A DNA stretch of 64,000 nucleotides from contig OZ244905.1 of assembly GCA_965221695.1 (NCBI GenBank), forward strand, positions 2,144,001 to 2,208,000, written 5' to 3'. Position numbers and translations under genes: made by a program. Below the pieces are notes generated by a model, which worked only from the letters and a program-made list of their open reading frames with translations, ran no database searches and had not been told where the DNA came from. Shown here one piece after another: positions 30,999 through 43,026 of this stretch. Every line of letters starts with the position of its first letter. Positions within the stretch are counted from its first letter, which is position 1. The stretch is from Gammaproteobacteria bacterium (GTDB taxonomy: Bacteria; Pseudomonadota; Gammaproteobacteria; Eutrophobiales; Eutrophobiaceae).

Positions 30999-33590
30999 AT
31001 GGATGTAGCATACCAGCCCAGGAAAATTGAACCTGAAGTCCAGGCCGCGTGGGAAACGGCGCGCGCCTTCAAGGCAACCGAGAAACCCGGCAAGGAAAAG
31101 TTTTATTGCCTGTCCATGTTTCCCTATCCCAGTGGCAAGCTACATATCGGCCACGTGCGCAATTACACCATCGGCGATGTGATTGCTCGCTACCAACGCC
31201 TGAAGGGCAAGAATGTGCTCCAGCCCATGGGTTGGGATGCCTTCGGTCTGCCTGCGGAGAACGCGGCAATAGAAAACCGCGTAGCGCCGGCCCGATGGAC
31301 TTACCAGAATATCGACTATATGCGCGCCCAGTTGAAACGGTTGGGCTTTGCCTATGACTGGGATCGGGAATTCGCCACCTGCGCGCCTGATTATTACCGC
31401 TGGGAACAATGGTTTTTTACCGAGTTATACAGGAAGGGGCTGGTTTACAAGAAGACCGCGCCGGTTAACTGGGATCCGGTCGACCAGACCGTGTTGGCCA
31501 ACGAGCAAGTCATTGATGGCAGAGGTTGGCGTTCCGGGGCCGTAGTGGAACGACGGGAAATTCCGCAATGGTTCCTGAAGATCACAGATTACAGCCAGGA
31601 GTTGTTGGAAGAACTGGACAACTTGGATGGCTGGCCCGATTCGGTGCGCGCCATGCAACGCAATTGGATCGGACGTTCGGAGGGGTTGGAAATTGATTTC
31701 CCGATCAATGATGGGTCGGAAAAACTGACAGTGTTCACCACTCGGCCTGATACATTATTTGGCGTCAGTTACATGGCGGTAGCCATTGAACACCCGCTTG
31801 CGCTGGCCGCTGCAAACCGGGACGCCGAAGTCGCGACGTTTCTGCAAAAACACCACAATGCCGGCGCCACCGAGGCGGAACTGGAAACCATGGAGAAAGC
31901 CGGTGTTCCCTTGGGCCAGCATGTCACGCACCCGCTAACCGGGGAAGCATTGCCGGTATGGGCAGCCAATTTCATCCTGATGGGTTACGGAACCGGCGCG
32001 GTGATGGGAGTGCCGGGACATGACGCGCGGGACTGGGAATTCGCAAACAAACAGGGACTCCCGATCAAGCCGGTGATCCGCCCGAAAGATGGCGGCGAGA
32101 TAAACCTGACAGCGAGCGCGTACCTGGAGCAAGGGATTCTCGAAAACTCCGGCGAATTCGATGGCCTGACCTCCGAACAGGCATTTGCTGCGATAGCGGA
32201 CCGCTTGGAAGGAGCGGGGTTGGGACGGCGCAAGATCAACTACCGTTTGCGTGACTGGGGCATTTCCCGGCAACGCTACTGGGGCTGCCCAATCCCCATG
32301 ATAACGGACGAAGCAGGCCGCGCCGCGCCACCGCGCGCGACGGATCTACCGGTGACTCTGCCGGAAAATGTCGAGTTTTCCGGCGTGCGATCGCCGTTAA
32401 ACGACATGGACGAGTTTATCTACGCCACCCATCCTGAAACCGGATTGCCCGCGCGCAGGGAGACCGATACCTTTGATACGTTCTTCGAATCCTCCTGGTA
32501 TTTTGCGCGCTTCTGTTGTGCCGACAACCATGAATCCATGCTGGATGAGCGGGCCGATTACTGGCTGCCGGTGGACCAGTACGTTGGCGGGATAGAGCAC
32601 GCGGTGCTGCACTTGCTCTATTCGAGGTTTTTTCAAAAGCTGATGCGCGACTTGGGACTAACCCGACATGGGGAACCGTTCAAAAACCTCCTGACGCAGG
32701 GCATGGTGGTCGCGGAGACCTTTTATCGGGAGCAGCAAGGCCGCAAGACCTATTACAACTTCAAGGACTTGGAATTCGACCGGGACGACAAAGGTCGGAT
32801 CAGCGCTGCCCGGCTCAAAGCAGACAAGCAACCGGTTTCTATAGGCAAACGGGAGAAAATGTCAAAATCAAAGAACAACGGCATCGACCCGCAGGACATC
32901 ATCGACCAGTATGGCGCGGACACCGTGCGCTTGTTCATCATGTTTGCCGCGCCGCCAGAGCAGAGCCTGGAGTGGTCGGATTCGGGTATCGAGGGCGCCT
33001 ACCGGTTTCTTAAGCGGCTCTGGAAATTTGCCCGCGACAACTGCCGCGCGGCGCAGGCCGATGCCGCAGCGCAGACCAGGCAACAACGGGACGCGCGCCG
33101 AAAAATCCACCAGACCATCGTCAAGGTGAACGACGACATCGGCCGGCGCTACACTTTCAATACCGCCATTGCCGCGGTCATGGAGCTGCTGAACGTGTTG
33201 AGCCGCTTGAACGAACAGTCCGCCAGCGCCGCGGCCGTGCGCCGCGAAGGACTGGAGGTCATGATCGTGCTGCTCTCGCCGATCATCCCCCATATCACCG
33301 ACGCAATCTGGTGCGCTATGGGCAAGGAGACGGCGCTCATAGACGCCGATTGGCCGCAGGCAGATGAAACGGCGCTGATCGAGGATGAGTTGCAATGGGT
33401 AGTTCAGGTAAATGGCAAGAAGCGCGCGCAGATTCTTGCCGCGCCGGACGCCAGTGAACAAAGCATACGCGCCAGTGCTCTCAGCGATGAAAATGTACAG
33501 CGGCATATCAGCGGAAAAACCGTGACCAAGGTCATAGTTGTGCCAAAACGCCTGGTCAACATCGTCGTGTCGGAGCGCGCCGCCGCCTGA
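30999..33590 (+). CDS. leuS: Leucyl-tRNA synthetase
   Basis: [28 protein letters not shown]. Start between 30963 and 30999. Confidence 0.99.
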   Translation: MDVAYQPRKIEPEVQAAWETARAFKATEKPGKEKFYCLSMFPYPSGKLHIGHVRNYTIGDVIARYQRLKGKNVLQPMGWDAFGLPAENAAIENRVAPARWTYQNIDYMRAQLKRLGFAYDWDREFATCAPDYYRWEQWFFTELYRKGLVYKKTAPVNWDPVDQTVLANEQVIDGRGWRSGAVVERREIPQWFLKITDYSQELLEELDNLDGWPDSVRAMQRNWIGRSEGLEIDFPINDGSEKLTVFTTRPDTLFGVSYMAVAIEHPLALAAANRDAEVATFLQKHHNAGATEAELETMEKAGVPLGQHVTHPLTGEALPVWAANFILMGYGTGAVMGVPGHDARDWEFANKQGLPIKPVIRPKDGGEINLTASAYLEQGILENSGEFDGLTSEQAFAAIADRLEGAGLGRRKINYRLRDWGISRQRYWGCPIPMITDEAGRAAPPRATDLPVTLPENVEFSGVRSPLNDMDEFIYATHPETGLPARRETDTFDTFFESSWYFARFCCADNHESMLDERADYWLPVDQYVGGIEHAVLHLLYSRFFQKLMRDLGLTRHGEPFKNLLTQGMVVAETFYREQQGRKTYYNFKDLEFDRDDKGRISAARLKADKQPVSIGKREKMSKSKNNGIDPQDIIDQYGADTVRLFIMFAAPPEQSLEWSDSGIEGAYRFLKRLWKFARDNCRAAQADAAAQTRQQRDARRKIHQTIVKVNDDIGRRYTFNTAIAAVMELLNVLSRLNEQSASAAAVRREGLEVMIVLLSPIIPHITDAIWCAMGKETALIDADWPQADETALIEDELQWVVQVNGKKRAQILAAPDASEQSIRASALSDENVQRHISGKTVTKVIVVPKRLVNIVVSERAAA

Positions 33591-33633
33591 TTTTCCTTGT
33601 ATCGTATTGCGTATCGCCGTATCCTTTGCGGGA

Positions 33634-34137
33634 ATGAAAATCTCTGTGTTGCATATTGTTCTATTGGTCGCAATCCTGGTTCAGGGCTGCGGTTACCATT
33701 TGCGCGGCCACAGCCCGCAGGTCAAGGCCGAAGGGGGTTACAGCGTCCACATCGACGCGCGCGCCGGCGCGCTGGCTGATGCGGTGAAATCGCAGCTCAC
33801 TGTGTCCGGCATCAGGGTGGCAGACCGTATCAAGGGAGCAGACTATGTGTTGACCCTTTCCAATGGAGAATTTGAGCGCCAGGTCGTTAGCGTGTCGCCC
33901 GAAACCGGCAAGGTTGAAGAATATCTGGTCGTTTTCAGCGCTCGCGTCAGCCTCAGCGATGCCAATGGGGAAGCGCTGGTTGCCGGCCAGGTTGTTCGGG
34001 TCAGCGGCGATTACACCTTTGATGAAGACGCTGCGCTGGGAAAATTCTCCGAGGAGGAGACTATCAGGGAAGAGCTTGTCGAACAAGCTGCCACACAGAT
34101 CATACGGCGATTGAATACGCTGGCAAACAGAAATTGA
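33634..34137 (+). CDS. lptE: LPS assembly lipoprotein LptE
   Basis: Lipobox VQGCGYHLRG; lies between leuS and holA. Confidence 0.9.
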   Translation: MKISVLHIVLLVAILVQGCGYHLRGHSPQVKAEGGYSVHIDARAGALADAVKSQLTVSGIRVADRIKGADYVLTLSNGEFERQVVSVSPETGKVEEYLVVFSARVSLSDANGEALVAGQVVRVSGDYTFDEDAALGKFSEEETIREELVEQAATQIIRRLNTLANRN

Positions 34138-35166
34138 ATGCGGCTGCGCTCAGAACAACTCCCGACGCATCTGAACAAAGCCAACCTGCTGCCGGTCTAT
34201 TACGTCAGCGGCGACGAGCCGTTGCAATTACAGGAAGCCGGCGACCAGATTCGCGCCCGCGCCCGCGAGCTGGGTTATGAGGAACGTATAGTCCTGGATG
34301 TGGATGGAGGGTTTGACTGGAGCCAGTTGCGGGAAGCCAGCGCCAATCTGTCCCTGTTTTCCAGCAAACGCATCATCGAACTGAGGCTGGGCGGCCACAA
34401 GCCGGGCAGGGAGGGCGGCGCGGCGCTGTCCGACTACGCAAACAACCATTACCCTGACAACCTGTTGTTGTTGACCTCAGAGCGCGTTGACAGGAAGGCC
34501 CAACAGACAAAATGGTTCAAAGCGCTGGATCAATGTGGCTGCTGTATACAGGTTTGGCAGGTAGGGCCGGCCGAGTTGCCGGGTTGGATTATCGCCCGCT
34601 GCCGACGCCGGGACAAGCGAATTGCCCGAGGCGCCGCCGAACTTATAGCGCAACGGGTCGAAGGAAATCTGCTAGCGGCACAACAAGAAATAGACAAACT
34701 GGCGCTGCTGGTGGATCAAGCTGATATTGATAGCGACGCGGCGCTGAATATGGTGGTGGACAGCGCCCGCTACAATGTGTTCGACCTGATTGACAATGTT
34801 TTTGCCGGCAAACCGGAACGCGTTTCAAGGATGTTACGCGGCCTCAGAGATGAAGGGATCGAAGCGCTCAACGTTTACGGCGCACTGATGTGGGGATTTC
34901 GCCGGGCAGCGTCTGTTTCCCATGAACTGGCCCGGGGCAAACCCAAAGAACAGGTGTTTGGCGCCCATAGGATACAGGAACGGCAAAGGAAGAGCATCAA
35001 TATGTTGTTAAGACGCTTCAGCCCGGATCGGCTGTCGGCGCTGCTGGCTGAGGCGCTGGAAATCGACAAGGCCCTGAAGGGGGTCGTCGAAACGGATAGC
35101 TGGCGCCTGTTGGAGCAATTTATGTTTGCCTTAGCCGGCTACCGGCTAAGAAAAATGACGGGCTGA
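34138..35166 (+). CDS. holA: DNA polymerase III delta subunit
   Basis: SGDEPL, SLFSSKRIIEL, VEGNLLAAQQEIDKL. Confidence 0.95.
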   Translation: MRLRSEQLPTHLNKANLLPVYYVSGDEPLQLQEAGDQIRARARELGYEERIVLDVDGGFDWSQLREASANLSLFSSKRIIELRLGGHKPGREGGAALSDYANNHYPDNLLLLTSERVDRKAQQTKWFKALDQCGCCIQVWQVGPAELPGWIIARCRRRDKRIARGAAELIAQRVEGNLLAAQQEIDKLALLVDQADIDSDAALNMVVDSARYNVFDLIDNVFAGKPERVSRMLRGLRDEGIEALNVYGALMWGFRRAASVSHELARGKPKEQVFGAHRIQERQRKSINMLLRRFSPDRLSALLAEALEIDKALKGVVETDSWRLLEQFMFALAGYRLRKMTG

Positions 35167-35181
35167 ACAAGATCTGACAGG

Positions 35182-36438
35182 ATGAATATCCACGATTACA
35201 TGCAAACATTGGGCAAGAGCGCCGGGGACGCGGCGCGCGCTATGGCGCGCGCCGATGCAGGGAGCAAAAACGCCGCGCTGACAGCCATCGCCGAACGGCT
35301 ACTGGAACGGCGCGCGCAATTGTCCGACGCAAACCGCGCAGATCTTGCCGCAGCGCGGGAAAATCGGCTCGCATCAGCGCTGCTCGACCGTCTCGAATTG
35401 ACTCCTGCCCGAGTGAAAGCTATGGCGGATGGCCTGATGCAAGTCGCCGGGCTGGCCGATCCCATCGGGGAGCTCTCCGGGATGAATTACCGTCCGAGCG
35501 GTATCCAGGTGGGGCGTATGCGGGTCCCGCTGGGGGTGGTGGGAATCATCTACGAATCCCGGCCCAACGTTACTGCGGATGCTGCAGGGCTGTGCATAAA
35601 ATCGGGCAATGCGGCGATACTCAGAGGTGGATCGGAAGCGATCCGCTCCAATCAAGCCATCGCCGCCTGTATTGTCGACGGTTTACAATCCGCCGGCTTG
35701 CCGGGCACGACTGTACAGGTGGTTGAAACTACTGACCGGACCGCGGTCGGGGAAATGCTGGCCCTGAACGAATATATCGACGTGATCATCCCGCGTGGCG
35801 GCAAGGGGTTGATTGAACGGATCAGCAACGAGGCCAAGATGCCGGTGATCAAGCACTTGGACGGGGTGTGCCATGTTTACGTGGACAGCCATGCGGACGT
35901 GGACAAGGCGGTGACCATTGCCTATAACGCCAAGACACAGCGTTACGGCACCTGTTGCACAATGGAATGTCTGCTGGTGGCGGCAACGCAGGCCGAACCA
36001 ACGCTGGCGCGCCTTGGACCCATGTTGGAGTCGGCCGGGGTGGAGATACGCGGCGACGAACGCGCCAGGCAGATCCTGCCTGGTATAACCGCGGCAACCG
36101 AAGAGGACTACTTCACGGAGTACCTGGCGCCAATCATGTCGTTGAAGATTGTCGACGGGCTGGACCAAGCCCTTGCGCATATCGAGTATTACGGTTCCCG
36201 GCATACCGACGCCATCGTGACAGAGAATGTAAGTCACGCGCGCCGCTTTCTGGCCGAGGTCGATTCCAGCTCGGTGATGGTGAATGCTTCGACCCGGTTC
36301 GCAGACGGATACGAGTACGGTCTGGGCGCGGAAATCGGCATCAGCACGGACAAATTTCACGCCCGCGGGCCGGTCGGACTCGAAGGGCTGACTTCACAGA
36401 AGTTCATAGTTATCGGTGACGGCCATATCAGAAAGTGA
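35182..36438 (+). CDS. proA: Gamma-glutamyl phosphate reductase
   Basis: [39 protein letters not shown]. Confidence 0.97.
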   Translation: MNIHDYMQTLGKSAGDAARAMARADAGSKNAALTAIAERLLERRAQLSDANRADLAAARENRLASALLDRLELTPARVKAMADGLMQVAGLADPIGELSGMNYRPSGIQVGRMRVPLGVVGIIYESRPNVTADAAGLCIKSGNAAILRGGSEAIRSNQAIAACIVDGLQSAGLPGTTVQVVETTDRTAVGEMLALNEYIDVIIPRGGKGLIERISNEAKMPVIKHLDGVCHVYVDSHADVDKAVTIAYNAKTQRYGTCCTMECLLVAATQAEPTLARLGPMLESAGVEIRGDERARQILPGITAATEEDYFTEYLAPIMSLKIVDGLDQALAHIEYYGSRHTDAIVTENVSHARRFLAEVDSSSVMVNASTRFADGYEYGLGAEIGISTDKFHARGPVGLEGLTSQKFIVIGDGHIRK

Positions 36439-36460
36439 TTTCAGGCTCCGTGTGGATTGA

Positions 36461-37105
36461 GTGAGTAACGGGAAACCCATCGGTTTGATTGGCGGCGCAT
36501 TTGATCCGGTACATATCGCCCATATCGGCATCGCTCTGGAATGCGTGGCAGCGTTGAACCTCGAAAGGGTCGACTTTATCCCGACCAACATCCCTCCGCA
36601 TAAGGCCGAAACCCGCGCCGCGCCGCGCCATCGGTTGGCCATGTTGCGGCGCGCGTTGAGACCCTATCCGCAACTGTCAGTCAATGACCTGGAACTGAAG
36701 CGGGGCGGCATATCGTACACGATCGATACCTTGATCGCGCTACGTGCAGATGAACCGCAACGCGCGTTCTGCTTTATTCTGGGCGCAGACGCATTTGCGT
36801 CGCTGCCAACCTGGCGCCGCTGGCAGGAACTGACGGATTACGCGCACCTGGTAATTGTCAGCCGAAAGCGCCGGGGCGGGACGAATTGGGCGCCGGAACT
36901 GCAAGAGCGATACGCCGCGCGCGCCTGCGCCTCGGCGCTGGAGTTGCACACGCGCCCCAATGGCTGTATCCACAAAGCGGCGGTCTCCGTCCCGGATGTT
37001 TCATCCTCCCAGGCGCGCGCCTTGTTGAACGGAGAGCAGGACACGGAAAACATACTGCCCCCCGGTGTTCGGGACTACATCAGAGAGAACAACTTGTACT
37101 CATGA
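36461..37105 (+). CDS. nadD: Nicotinate-nucleotide adenylyltransferase
   Basis: GGAFDPVHIAH, SYTIDTL, FILGAD, YIRENNLY. Confidence 0.95.
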   Translation: MSNGKPIGLIGGAFDPVHIAHIGIALECVAALNLERVDFIPTNIPPHKAETRAAPRHRLAMLRRALRPYPQLSVNDLELKRGGISYTIDTLIALRADEPQRAFCFILGADAFASLPTWRRWQELTDYAHLVIVSRKRRGGTNWAPELQERYAARACASALELHTRPNGCIHKAAVSVPDVSSSQARALLNGEQDTENILPPGVRDYIRENNLYS

Positions 37106-37437
37106 ACAATATTGCCCGTTTGATCATTGATACGATGGAAAGCCTGAAAGCCCAGGATGTACAAACACTGGATGTGCGCGCCTTCACCACCATGACTGAC
37201 TACATGATCATCGCCAGCGGGCAGTCCGACCGCCAGGTCAAGGCGATAGCCGACAAGGTTATCGAGGCGGCGAGAATCAAAAAGATAAAGCCACTAGGAG
37301 TAGAAGGACAACAGCAGGCGGAATGGATCCTGATTGATTTTGGCGATGTGATTGCCCATGTCATGCGCCCCGATACCAGGGAATATTATCAACTCGAAAA
37401 ACTTTGGTCCATGGCGCAACGCGCCGGCAACGGCTGA
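37102..37437 (+). CDS. rsfS: Ribosome silencing factor RsfS
   Basis: ATG 37102 overlaps the nadD stop; LKAQDV, DYMIIASG.SDRQV, WILIDFGDVIAH, YYQLEKLW. Confidence 0.95.
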   Translation: MNNIARLIIDTMESLKAQDVQTLDVRAFTTMTDYMIIASGQSDRQVKAIADKVIEAARIKKIKPLGVEGQQQAEWILIDFGDVIAHVMRPDTREYYQLEKLWSMAQRAGNG

Positions 37438-37480
37438 CGATTTGGGCAAACAGTCAGCGTTGCCTTGCCGTTTGATCGGT

Positions 37481-37954
37481 TCAGAGCCGGTTGAAATAGC
37501 GTCGCAGGCAGATGCCGTAGTAGTGATCTATGATGTAATAATAAATGCCGGTCCAGCTCGGTCCGCCGTTCTCATCGGTGGGCCACCACATTTTTCTGTT
37601 CCGCCAGTAATCATGGAAGTGGCCCGCGCAATAATCGACGGTTTCCCCATCATAATTCAATTCCTTGTTGCCGGCCGCGTGTTCTGCGTCGATGTAATCG
37701 CGCAGCGCCTGTTTGTAGGCGAGGTCCAGTCGCGGCATGCCGTTCTCTTCCAGTTCGTTCCTATCAGCGCGCGCGCCGAATCGGCGCGCCAGCTTATCCA
37801 GCAACTCGAGTCTACCGGACCCGGTCTGCGCACGCTCAAAGCGTTCACAGGCCGCAGCATCGCCGGCGTTGCATTTCCTCTCCCATAACTCGAGCGCGGA
37901 GAATTCGCGTGGCGCATTGAGGACGACCAGGAAAATGAGCAAGGCTGAAGACAT
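37481..37954 (-). CDS. Hypothetical exported protein
   Basis: 157-aa ORF 19 bp downstream of hppA on the same strand. Hydrophobic N-terminus, CNAGDAAAC, aromatic-rich C-terminus. No family recognised. Confidence 0.65.
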   Translation of the reverse strand: MSSALLIFLVVLNAPREFSALELWERKCNAGDAAACERFERAQTGSGRLELLDKLARRFGARADRNELEENGMPRLDLAYKQALRDYIDAEHAAGNKELNYDGETVDYCAGHFHDYWRNRKMWWPTDENGGPSWTGIYYYIIDHYYGICLRRYFNRL

Positions 37955-37973
37955 GCCGCATTTGCCAGGGGCG

Positions 37974-39986
37974 CTATATCAGAGGCACGATCAACAGCGC
38001 GACGATATTGATAATTTTGATGAGCGGGTTGACTGCCGGGCCGGCGGTATCCTTGTAGGGATCGCCCACAGTATCCCCGGTTACCGCAGCCTTGTGGGCC
38101 TCGGAACCCTTTCCGCCCAGGTTGCCATCCTCGATATATTTTTTTGCATTATCCCAGGCCCCGCCGCCAGCAGTCATGGAGATGGCGACGAACAGGCCGG
38201 TAATGATAGTCCCCAACAACAGCCCGCCCAAGGCCACTGGGCCAAGTAGCTTGCCCACGATCACAGGCGCCAATACGGGTAGCAGAGAAGGAATAATCAT
38301 TTCTTTGATAGCGGATTTGGTCAACAGGTCCACGGCCCGGGAATAATCCGGTTTGCCCGTGCCCTCCATGATTCCCGGTATTTCCCGGAATTGGCGGCGC
38401 ACTTCCAGCACGACCGAGCCGGCTGCGCGCCCCACTGCTTCCATGGCCATTGCGCCGAACAGGTAGGGAATCAGCCCGCCGATAAACAAGCCGATGATGA
38501 CCATTGGGTCGGACAGGGAAAACTCCACAAGTATGCCAGCCTGTCCCAGGGCATGGGTGTAGTCGCCGAACAGCACCAGGGCGGCAAGGCCGGCAGAGCC
38601 AATGGCATAGCCCTTGGTAACGGCCTTGGTGGTATTCCCCACGGCATCCAGCGGATCGGTGATGTTGCGGATTTTCTCATCCAACTCCGCCATTTCGGCG
38701 ATGCCGCCGGCGTTATCGGTAATGGGGCCGAAGGCGTCCAGCGCGACGATGATGCCGGTCATGGACAGCATGGCGGTCGCGGCAATGGCAATGCCGTAGA
38801 GTCCGGCCAGCTCATACGCGCCCCAGATACTGGCACAGACTGCCAACGCCGGCAGCGCGGTCGATTTCATGGACACGCCGAGCCCGGCAATAATGTTGGT
38901 GGCATGCCCGGTCTCGGAGGCGGCGGCCACATGCTTGACCGGCGCGTAATCGACGCCAGTGTAATATTCCGTAATCCAGACCATGGCCGCGGTCAGGGCG
39001 AGGCCGATCAGCCCGCAACCGTATAACGCGCCGGCAGATATGCCGGCGATATCCGACATCATCCAGTTGGTGACCGGGTAGAACAGGATGGCTGCCAGTA
39101 TCCCGGCCACGAGCAAACCCTTGTACAAGGCGCCCATGATGGAGCCGCCTTCTCCCGCCCGGACGAATAAGCAGCCTATGACGGAGGCAATAATGGATGC
39201 GCCGCCCAGCGCCAGCGGATAGAGTATTACGTTTTCGCTTCCCTCGACTACCAGGCTGCCCAACAGCATGGTGGCGATTACAGTGACAGCGTAGGTTTCA
39301 AACAGGTCGGCAGCCATGCCCGCGCAGTCACCGACATTGTCGCCGACATTGTCCGCGATCACCGCGGGGTTGCGCGGATCATCCTCCGGGATGCCGGCCT
39401 CAACCTTGCCCACCAGGTCCGCTCCGACATCGGCGCCCTTGGTGAAAATGCCGCCGCCGAGGCGCGCGAAAATGGAAATCAAGGAACCGCCAAAGGCCAA
39501 CCCCACCAGGGCATGGAGGATAGTATCTGGATCTGCGCCCAGACCTTGCAGCGCGGCATAATAGCCCGCCACGCCCAGCAGTCCCAGCCCGACGACCAGC
39601 AGGCCTGTAATCGCCCCGCCCCGGAAGGCTACCGTCAAGGCCGCGTTCATACCTCGGTTGGCGGCTTCAGCGGTGCGCAAGTTGGCGCGTACGGAAATGT
39701 TCATACCGATATAACCGGCGGCGCCGGAGAACAGCGCGCCGATCAAAAATCCGAAACCGGTGTACCAGTCGAGCGCGAGCCCCAGCACGATGAACAATAT
39801 GACACCGACCACACCGATAGTTGTGTACTGGCGGTTGAGGTAGGCGGAAGCTCCCTGTTGGATGGCCGCGGCGATTTCCCGCATACGTTCGTTGCCTTCC
39901 GGCTGCGCAAGTATCCAGCGCACCGAGACGATGCCATACAAGATGGCGACAACACTACAGATCAGGGCGATGTCCAATGACGACAT
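37974..39986 (-). CDS. hppA: Membrane H+-translocating pyrophosphatase (K+-independent type)
   Basis: [26 protein letters not shown] (Lys at the K+-dependence position), GDPYKDT. Confidence 0.96.
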   Translation of the reverse strand: MSSLDIALICSVVAILYGIVSVRWILAQPEGNERMREIAAAIQQGASAYLNRQYTTIGVVGVILFIVLGLALDWYTGFGFLIGALFSGAAGYIGMNISVRANLRTAEAANRGMNAALTVAFRGGAITGLLVVGLGLLGVAGYYAALQGLGADPDTILHALVGLAFGGSLISIFARLGGGIFTKGADVGADLVGKVEAGIPEDDPRNPAVIADNVGDNVGDCAGMAADLFETYAVTVIATMLLGSLVVEGSENVILYPLALGGASIIASVIGCLFVRAGEGGSIMGALYKGLLVAGILAAILFYPVTNWMMSDIAGISAGALYGCGLIGLALTAAMVWITEYYTGVDYAPVKHVAAASETGHATNIIAGLGVSMKSTALPALAVCASIWGAYELAGLYGIAIAATAMLSMTGIIVALDAFGPITDNAGGIAEMAELDEKIRNITDPLDAVGNTTKAVTKGYAIGSAGLAALVLFGDYTHALGQAGILVEFSLSDPMVIIGLFIGGLIPYLFGAMAMEAVGRAAGSVVLEVRRQFREIPGIMEGTGKPDYSRAVDLLTKSAIKEMIIPSLLPVLAPVIVGKLLGPVALGGLLLGTIITGLFVAISMTAGGGAWDNAKKYIEDGNLGGKGSEAHKAAVTGDTVGDPYKDTAGPAVNPLIKIINIVALLIVPLI

Positions 39987-40094
39987 AGTATGTTCCTCTT
40001 TGAGATTAATGGTTGATAATGTAATGAAAAAACCGCATGGTAAAGCCGTGCTCCCAGTTGCTTGCGCTTAAAAGCCCAATAGTTTATCGATTCA

Positions 40095-41363
40095 TCAGGG
40101 AAGTTCAAACCCGGATGTTGTTTTTTTTGCAACTGGCGCGTTCCTGAGACGCACATAATCTGGCAAACCGTTGCGGTAAGGCGGGTAGTCTTCCCCTTGG
40201 ATCAGCGGTTCCAGGTAGGCGCGGCACGCGGGGGTGATGCCGAAGCCGTCTACGCTGATGAATTCTCTGGGCATAAACTTTTCCGCGTTGGCCACATCGG
40301 CCAAGTCCGCCTGACCGATTTCCCAGCGGTAGGGATGGTCGGAGAGGCGGGTTATGATCGGCATTATCGCGTTTTTCCCGGCCAGGGCGAACTCCACCGC
40401 GGCCGCGCCCAAGGCATAGGCCTGCTCCACATCCGTTTTCGAGGCAATGTGACGCGCAGACCGTTGCAGGTAATCGGCCACGGCCCAGTGATATTTATAT
40501 CCCAGGCCTTGTTTGACCAGGGCTGCCACGACCGGCGCCGCGCCCCCCAACTGTGCGTGACCGAACGCATCCGTGTTGCCCTGTTCCGCCAGGAAACGTC
40601 CGTCAGGCCAGCGCGCGCCTTCCGACACGACAACGGAGCAGTAATCGTGACGTTCAACACAGTCCTGCACCCGAGCAAGAAACCGTTCCTGGTCAAACTC
40701 GACCTCCGGAAACAGGATCACCACCGGGATGTCGTTGGCCTGATCCGCGGCTAGCCCGCCAGCGGCGGCAATCCAGCCGGCGTGGCGCCCCATGACTTCG
40801 AGAATAAACACCTTGGTGGATGTCCGGGCCATTGAGCTGACATCGTAGGACGCTTCGCGTACGGAGATAGCAATATATTTCGCCACGGATCCGAAGCCTG
40901 GGCAATTATCGGTGATGGGCAGGTCGTTATCGACCGTCTTGGGAATATGTATCGCCTGTATCGGGAAGCCCAATTGCGCAGACAGTTGCGAAACCTTGTG
41001 GCAGGTGTCCGCGGAGTCGCCGCCGCCGTTATAGAAAAAATACCCGATGTTATGGGCCTTGAAAACCTCGATCATACGCGCATATTCGCTCCTGCTTTCA
41101 TCCAGCCCCTTCAGTTTGTAACGGCAGGAACCGAACGCGCCGGCAGGCGTATGCCGCAATGCGGCTATAGCTTCCGGCGGCTCCTGCCCGGTGTCGATCA
41201 AGTCCTCAGTCAGCGCTCCGATGATGCCATTGCGACCGGCATAGACATTGGCGATTACGCCAGGATTGCGGCGCGCGGCCTCCAGCAAGCCGCAAGCGGT
41301 GGCATTGATCACAGCGGTTACCCCGCCGGATTGCGCGTAAAATGCGTTTTTGGCCTGAGCCAT
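40095..41363 (-). CDS. pfp: Pyrophosphate-dependent 6-phosphofructokinase
   Basis: QSGG, GGGDS (Asp at the PPi-specificity site), PKTVDND, EVMGRHAGW. Confidence 0.88.
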   Translation of the reverse strand: MAQAKNAFYAQSGGVTAVINATACGLLEAARRNPGVIANVYAGRNGIIGALTEDLIDTGQEPPEAIAALRHTPAGAFGSCRYKLKGLDESRSEYARMIEVFKAHNIGYFFYNGGGDSADTCHKVSQLSAQLGFPIQAIHIPKTVDNDLPITDNCPGFGSVAKYIAISVREASYDVSSMARTSTKVFILEVMGRHAGWIAAAGGLAADQANDIPVVILFPEVEFDQERFLARVQDCVERHDYCSVVVSEGARWPDGRFLAEQGNTDAFGHAQLGGAAPVVAALVKQGLGYKYHWAVADYLQRSARHIASKTDVEQAYALGAAAVEFALAGKNAIMPIITRLSDHPYRWEIGQADLADVANAEKFMPREFISVDGFGITPACRAYLEPLIQGEDYPPYRNGLPDYVRLRNAPVAKKTTSGFELP

Positions 41364-41500
41364 TGAAAAAATACCTCCAACCCGGTGAAAAATACGGGCT
41401 TAGCAACGAAATAGCGGTAAAATGAGGTATGTTACATGCATATGCCGCGTTTCTCACTAGCCCGAGTGACGCAGCGTGCTGTCCCGTGGCGCCGTAAACG

Positions 41501-41528
41501 GGAACTTCGCCAAGCCGGTTAACTCGAA
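41501..41528 (+). promoter_or_regulatory. Probable sigma-E promoter of bepA
   Basis: GGAACTT-N16-TCGAA; bepA/yfgC is a sigma-E regulon member in E. coli. Confidence 0.6.
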
Positions 41529-41559
41529 GATAATAGTGATCACCGTTAATACCAGCCAG

Positions 41560-43026
41560 ATGACACGAACAATAATACATCTACTACTGGCATGTTGCCT
41601 GTGCGCTCCGGTCGCAGCCGAGGTAACGACCTTGGATCTGCCTGATATCGGCGATTCAACCGGAGGGTTGCTAAGCCCGGAGTTTGAGCGGCGCCTGGGC
41701 CAGGCGTTTCTCAGCCAGGTAAGAAAACAGGCAGACATCGTCTCAGACCCGGAGATCAACACCTATATCGAATCGATTGGCTATCGGTTGGTTTCCCAGA
41801 GCGACAACAATGAGCAGCAGTTTACGTTTTTCGTTATCAACGACCCTTTGATCAATGCGTTTGCCGCGCCCGGCGGCATTGTCGGGATTAACAGCGGCAT
41901 CATCATGAATGCCGAAAACGAGAGCGAGCTTGCCGGCGTCATCGCCCATGAAATCGCCCACGTGACCCAGAAACATATGGCCAGGTCAGTGGAGATGTCA
42001 AAGAAAATGAGCATACCGACACTGGCTGCTATGCTCGGGGCGATCCTGGTAGCCACCCAGAACCCTGAGGCTGGGCAGGCCGCGCTGATGGCAGTACAGG
42101 GCGCTTCGACACAAGCGCAGATCAATTTCACCCGCGCCAACGAGCAGGAAGCGGACCGCATTGGCATCCAGTTGCTTGCGCGTTCAGGCTTCGACCCCAG
42201 CGGCATGACGGATTTTTTCAAGAAACTGCAGCAAAGCTCGCGTTTTTCTGCCCAGGCGCCGGAATTTCTCCGCACCCATCCGCTGACTACGCGCCGGATT
42301 GCTGACGCCGCGGCGCGCGCGGCAGCCTATTCCGGCGCCGCCAACAGCCACAACGAAAGCCAGAGTTTTCTCCTGGTACGGGCTAAGCTGAAAGCAAGGT
42401 CCTATGCTTCCACACAGGAGGCGGTAGATTATTTCGCCGGCCGTATTGCTGACCCGGGGCGGGCGAGTAACCGCGCTGCGGACCGTTACGGTTATATCAT
42501 AGCGCTGACCGAGGATGGAAAATATGCGATGGCGCGGGAGCAAGCGCGGCTGTTGCTGGCAAATGACCCGGAAAATATCGCATACCTGCTTGTCGCGGCG
42601 GACATCGAGGTCAGACAAGGGCATTATGATGCGGCGTTTTCGATTTTCTCAAAGGCGGAACGACTGTATCCGGACTATCGTCCGCTGATGTTGAATTACA
42701 GCAATGCGCTGTTAAAAGGCGGACAACCCTACCTGGCTCGCGATAAGCTGCGTGAGTTCGGCAGGTTCCACACCCCGGACATTACTTATTATGATTATCT
42801 GACCCGCGCCGAAGCTGAAGCCGGCGACCAAGTTGAGTCAGGTATTGCCAATGCCGAATATTATTTCCTTACCGGTGAAACCCAGGTGGCCATAGAACAG
42901 CTCAAACAAATTTTGCGACAGGGAGTTCCCCGTCCGGATTATTACCAGGCAGAACGCATTGAGGCCCGGATGGCGTTCCTGCAGGACGAGTTGCAACTGG
43001 AGCGGGACATGAAACTGAGGAAATGA
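41560..43026 (+). CDS. bepA: M48 metalloprotease/chaperone BepA (YfgC) with TPR domain
   Basis: Signal peptide, LPDIG, INAFAAPGG, HEIAH, EQEADRIG, FLRTHP. Confidence 0.92.
   Translation: MTRTIIHLLLACCLCAPVAAEVTTLDLPDIGDSTGGLLSPEFERRLGQAFLSQVRKQADIVSDPEINTYIESIGYRLVSQSDNNEQQFTFFVINDPLINAFAAPGGIVGINSGIIMNAENESELAGVIAHEIAHVTQKHMARSVEMSKKMSIPTLAAMLGAILVATQNPEAGQAALMAVQGASTQAQINFTRANEQEADRIGIQLLARSGFDPSGMTDFFKKLQQSSRFSAQAPEFLRTHPLTTRRIADAAARAAAYSGAANSHNESQSFLLVRAKLKARSYASTQEAVDYFAGRIADPGRASNRAADRYGYIIALTEDGKYAMAREQARLLLANDPENIAYLLVAADIEVRQGHYDAAFSIFSKAERLYPDYRPLMLNYSNALLKGGQPYLARDKLREFGRFHTPDITYYDYLTRAEAEAGDQVESGIANAEYYFLTGETQVAIEQLKQILRQGVPRPDYYQAERIEARMAFLQDELQLERDMKLRK

Noticed and set aside
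36886-37101. N-terminal extension of RsfS in the ORF track
   Set aside because: Overlaps nadD in another frame. ATG 37102 at the nadD stop gives a normal-length RsfS.
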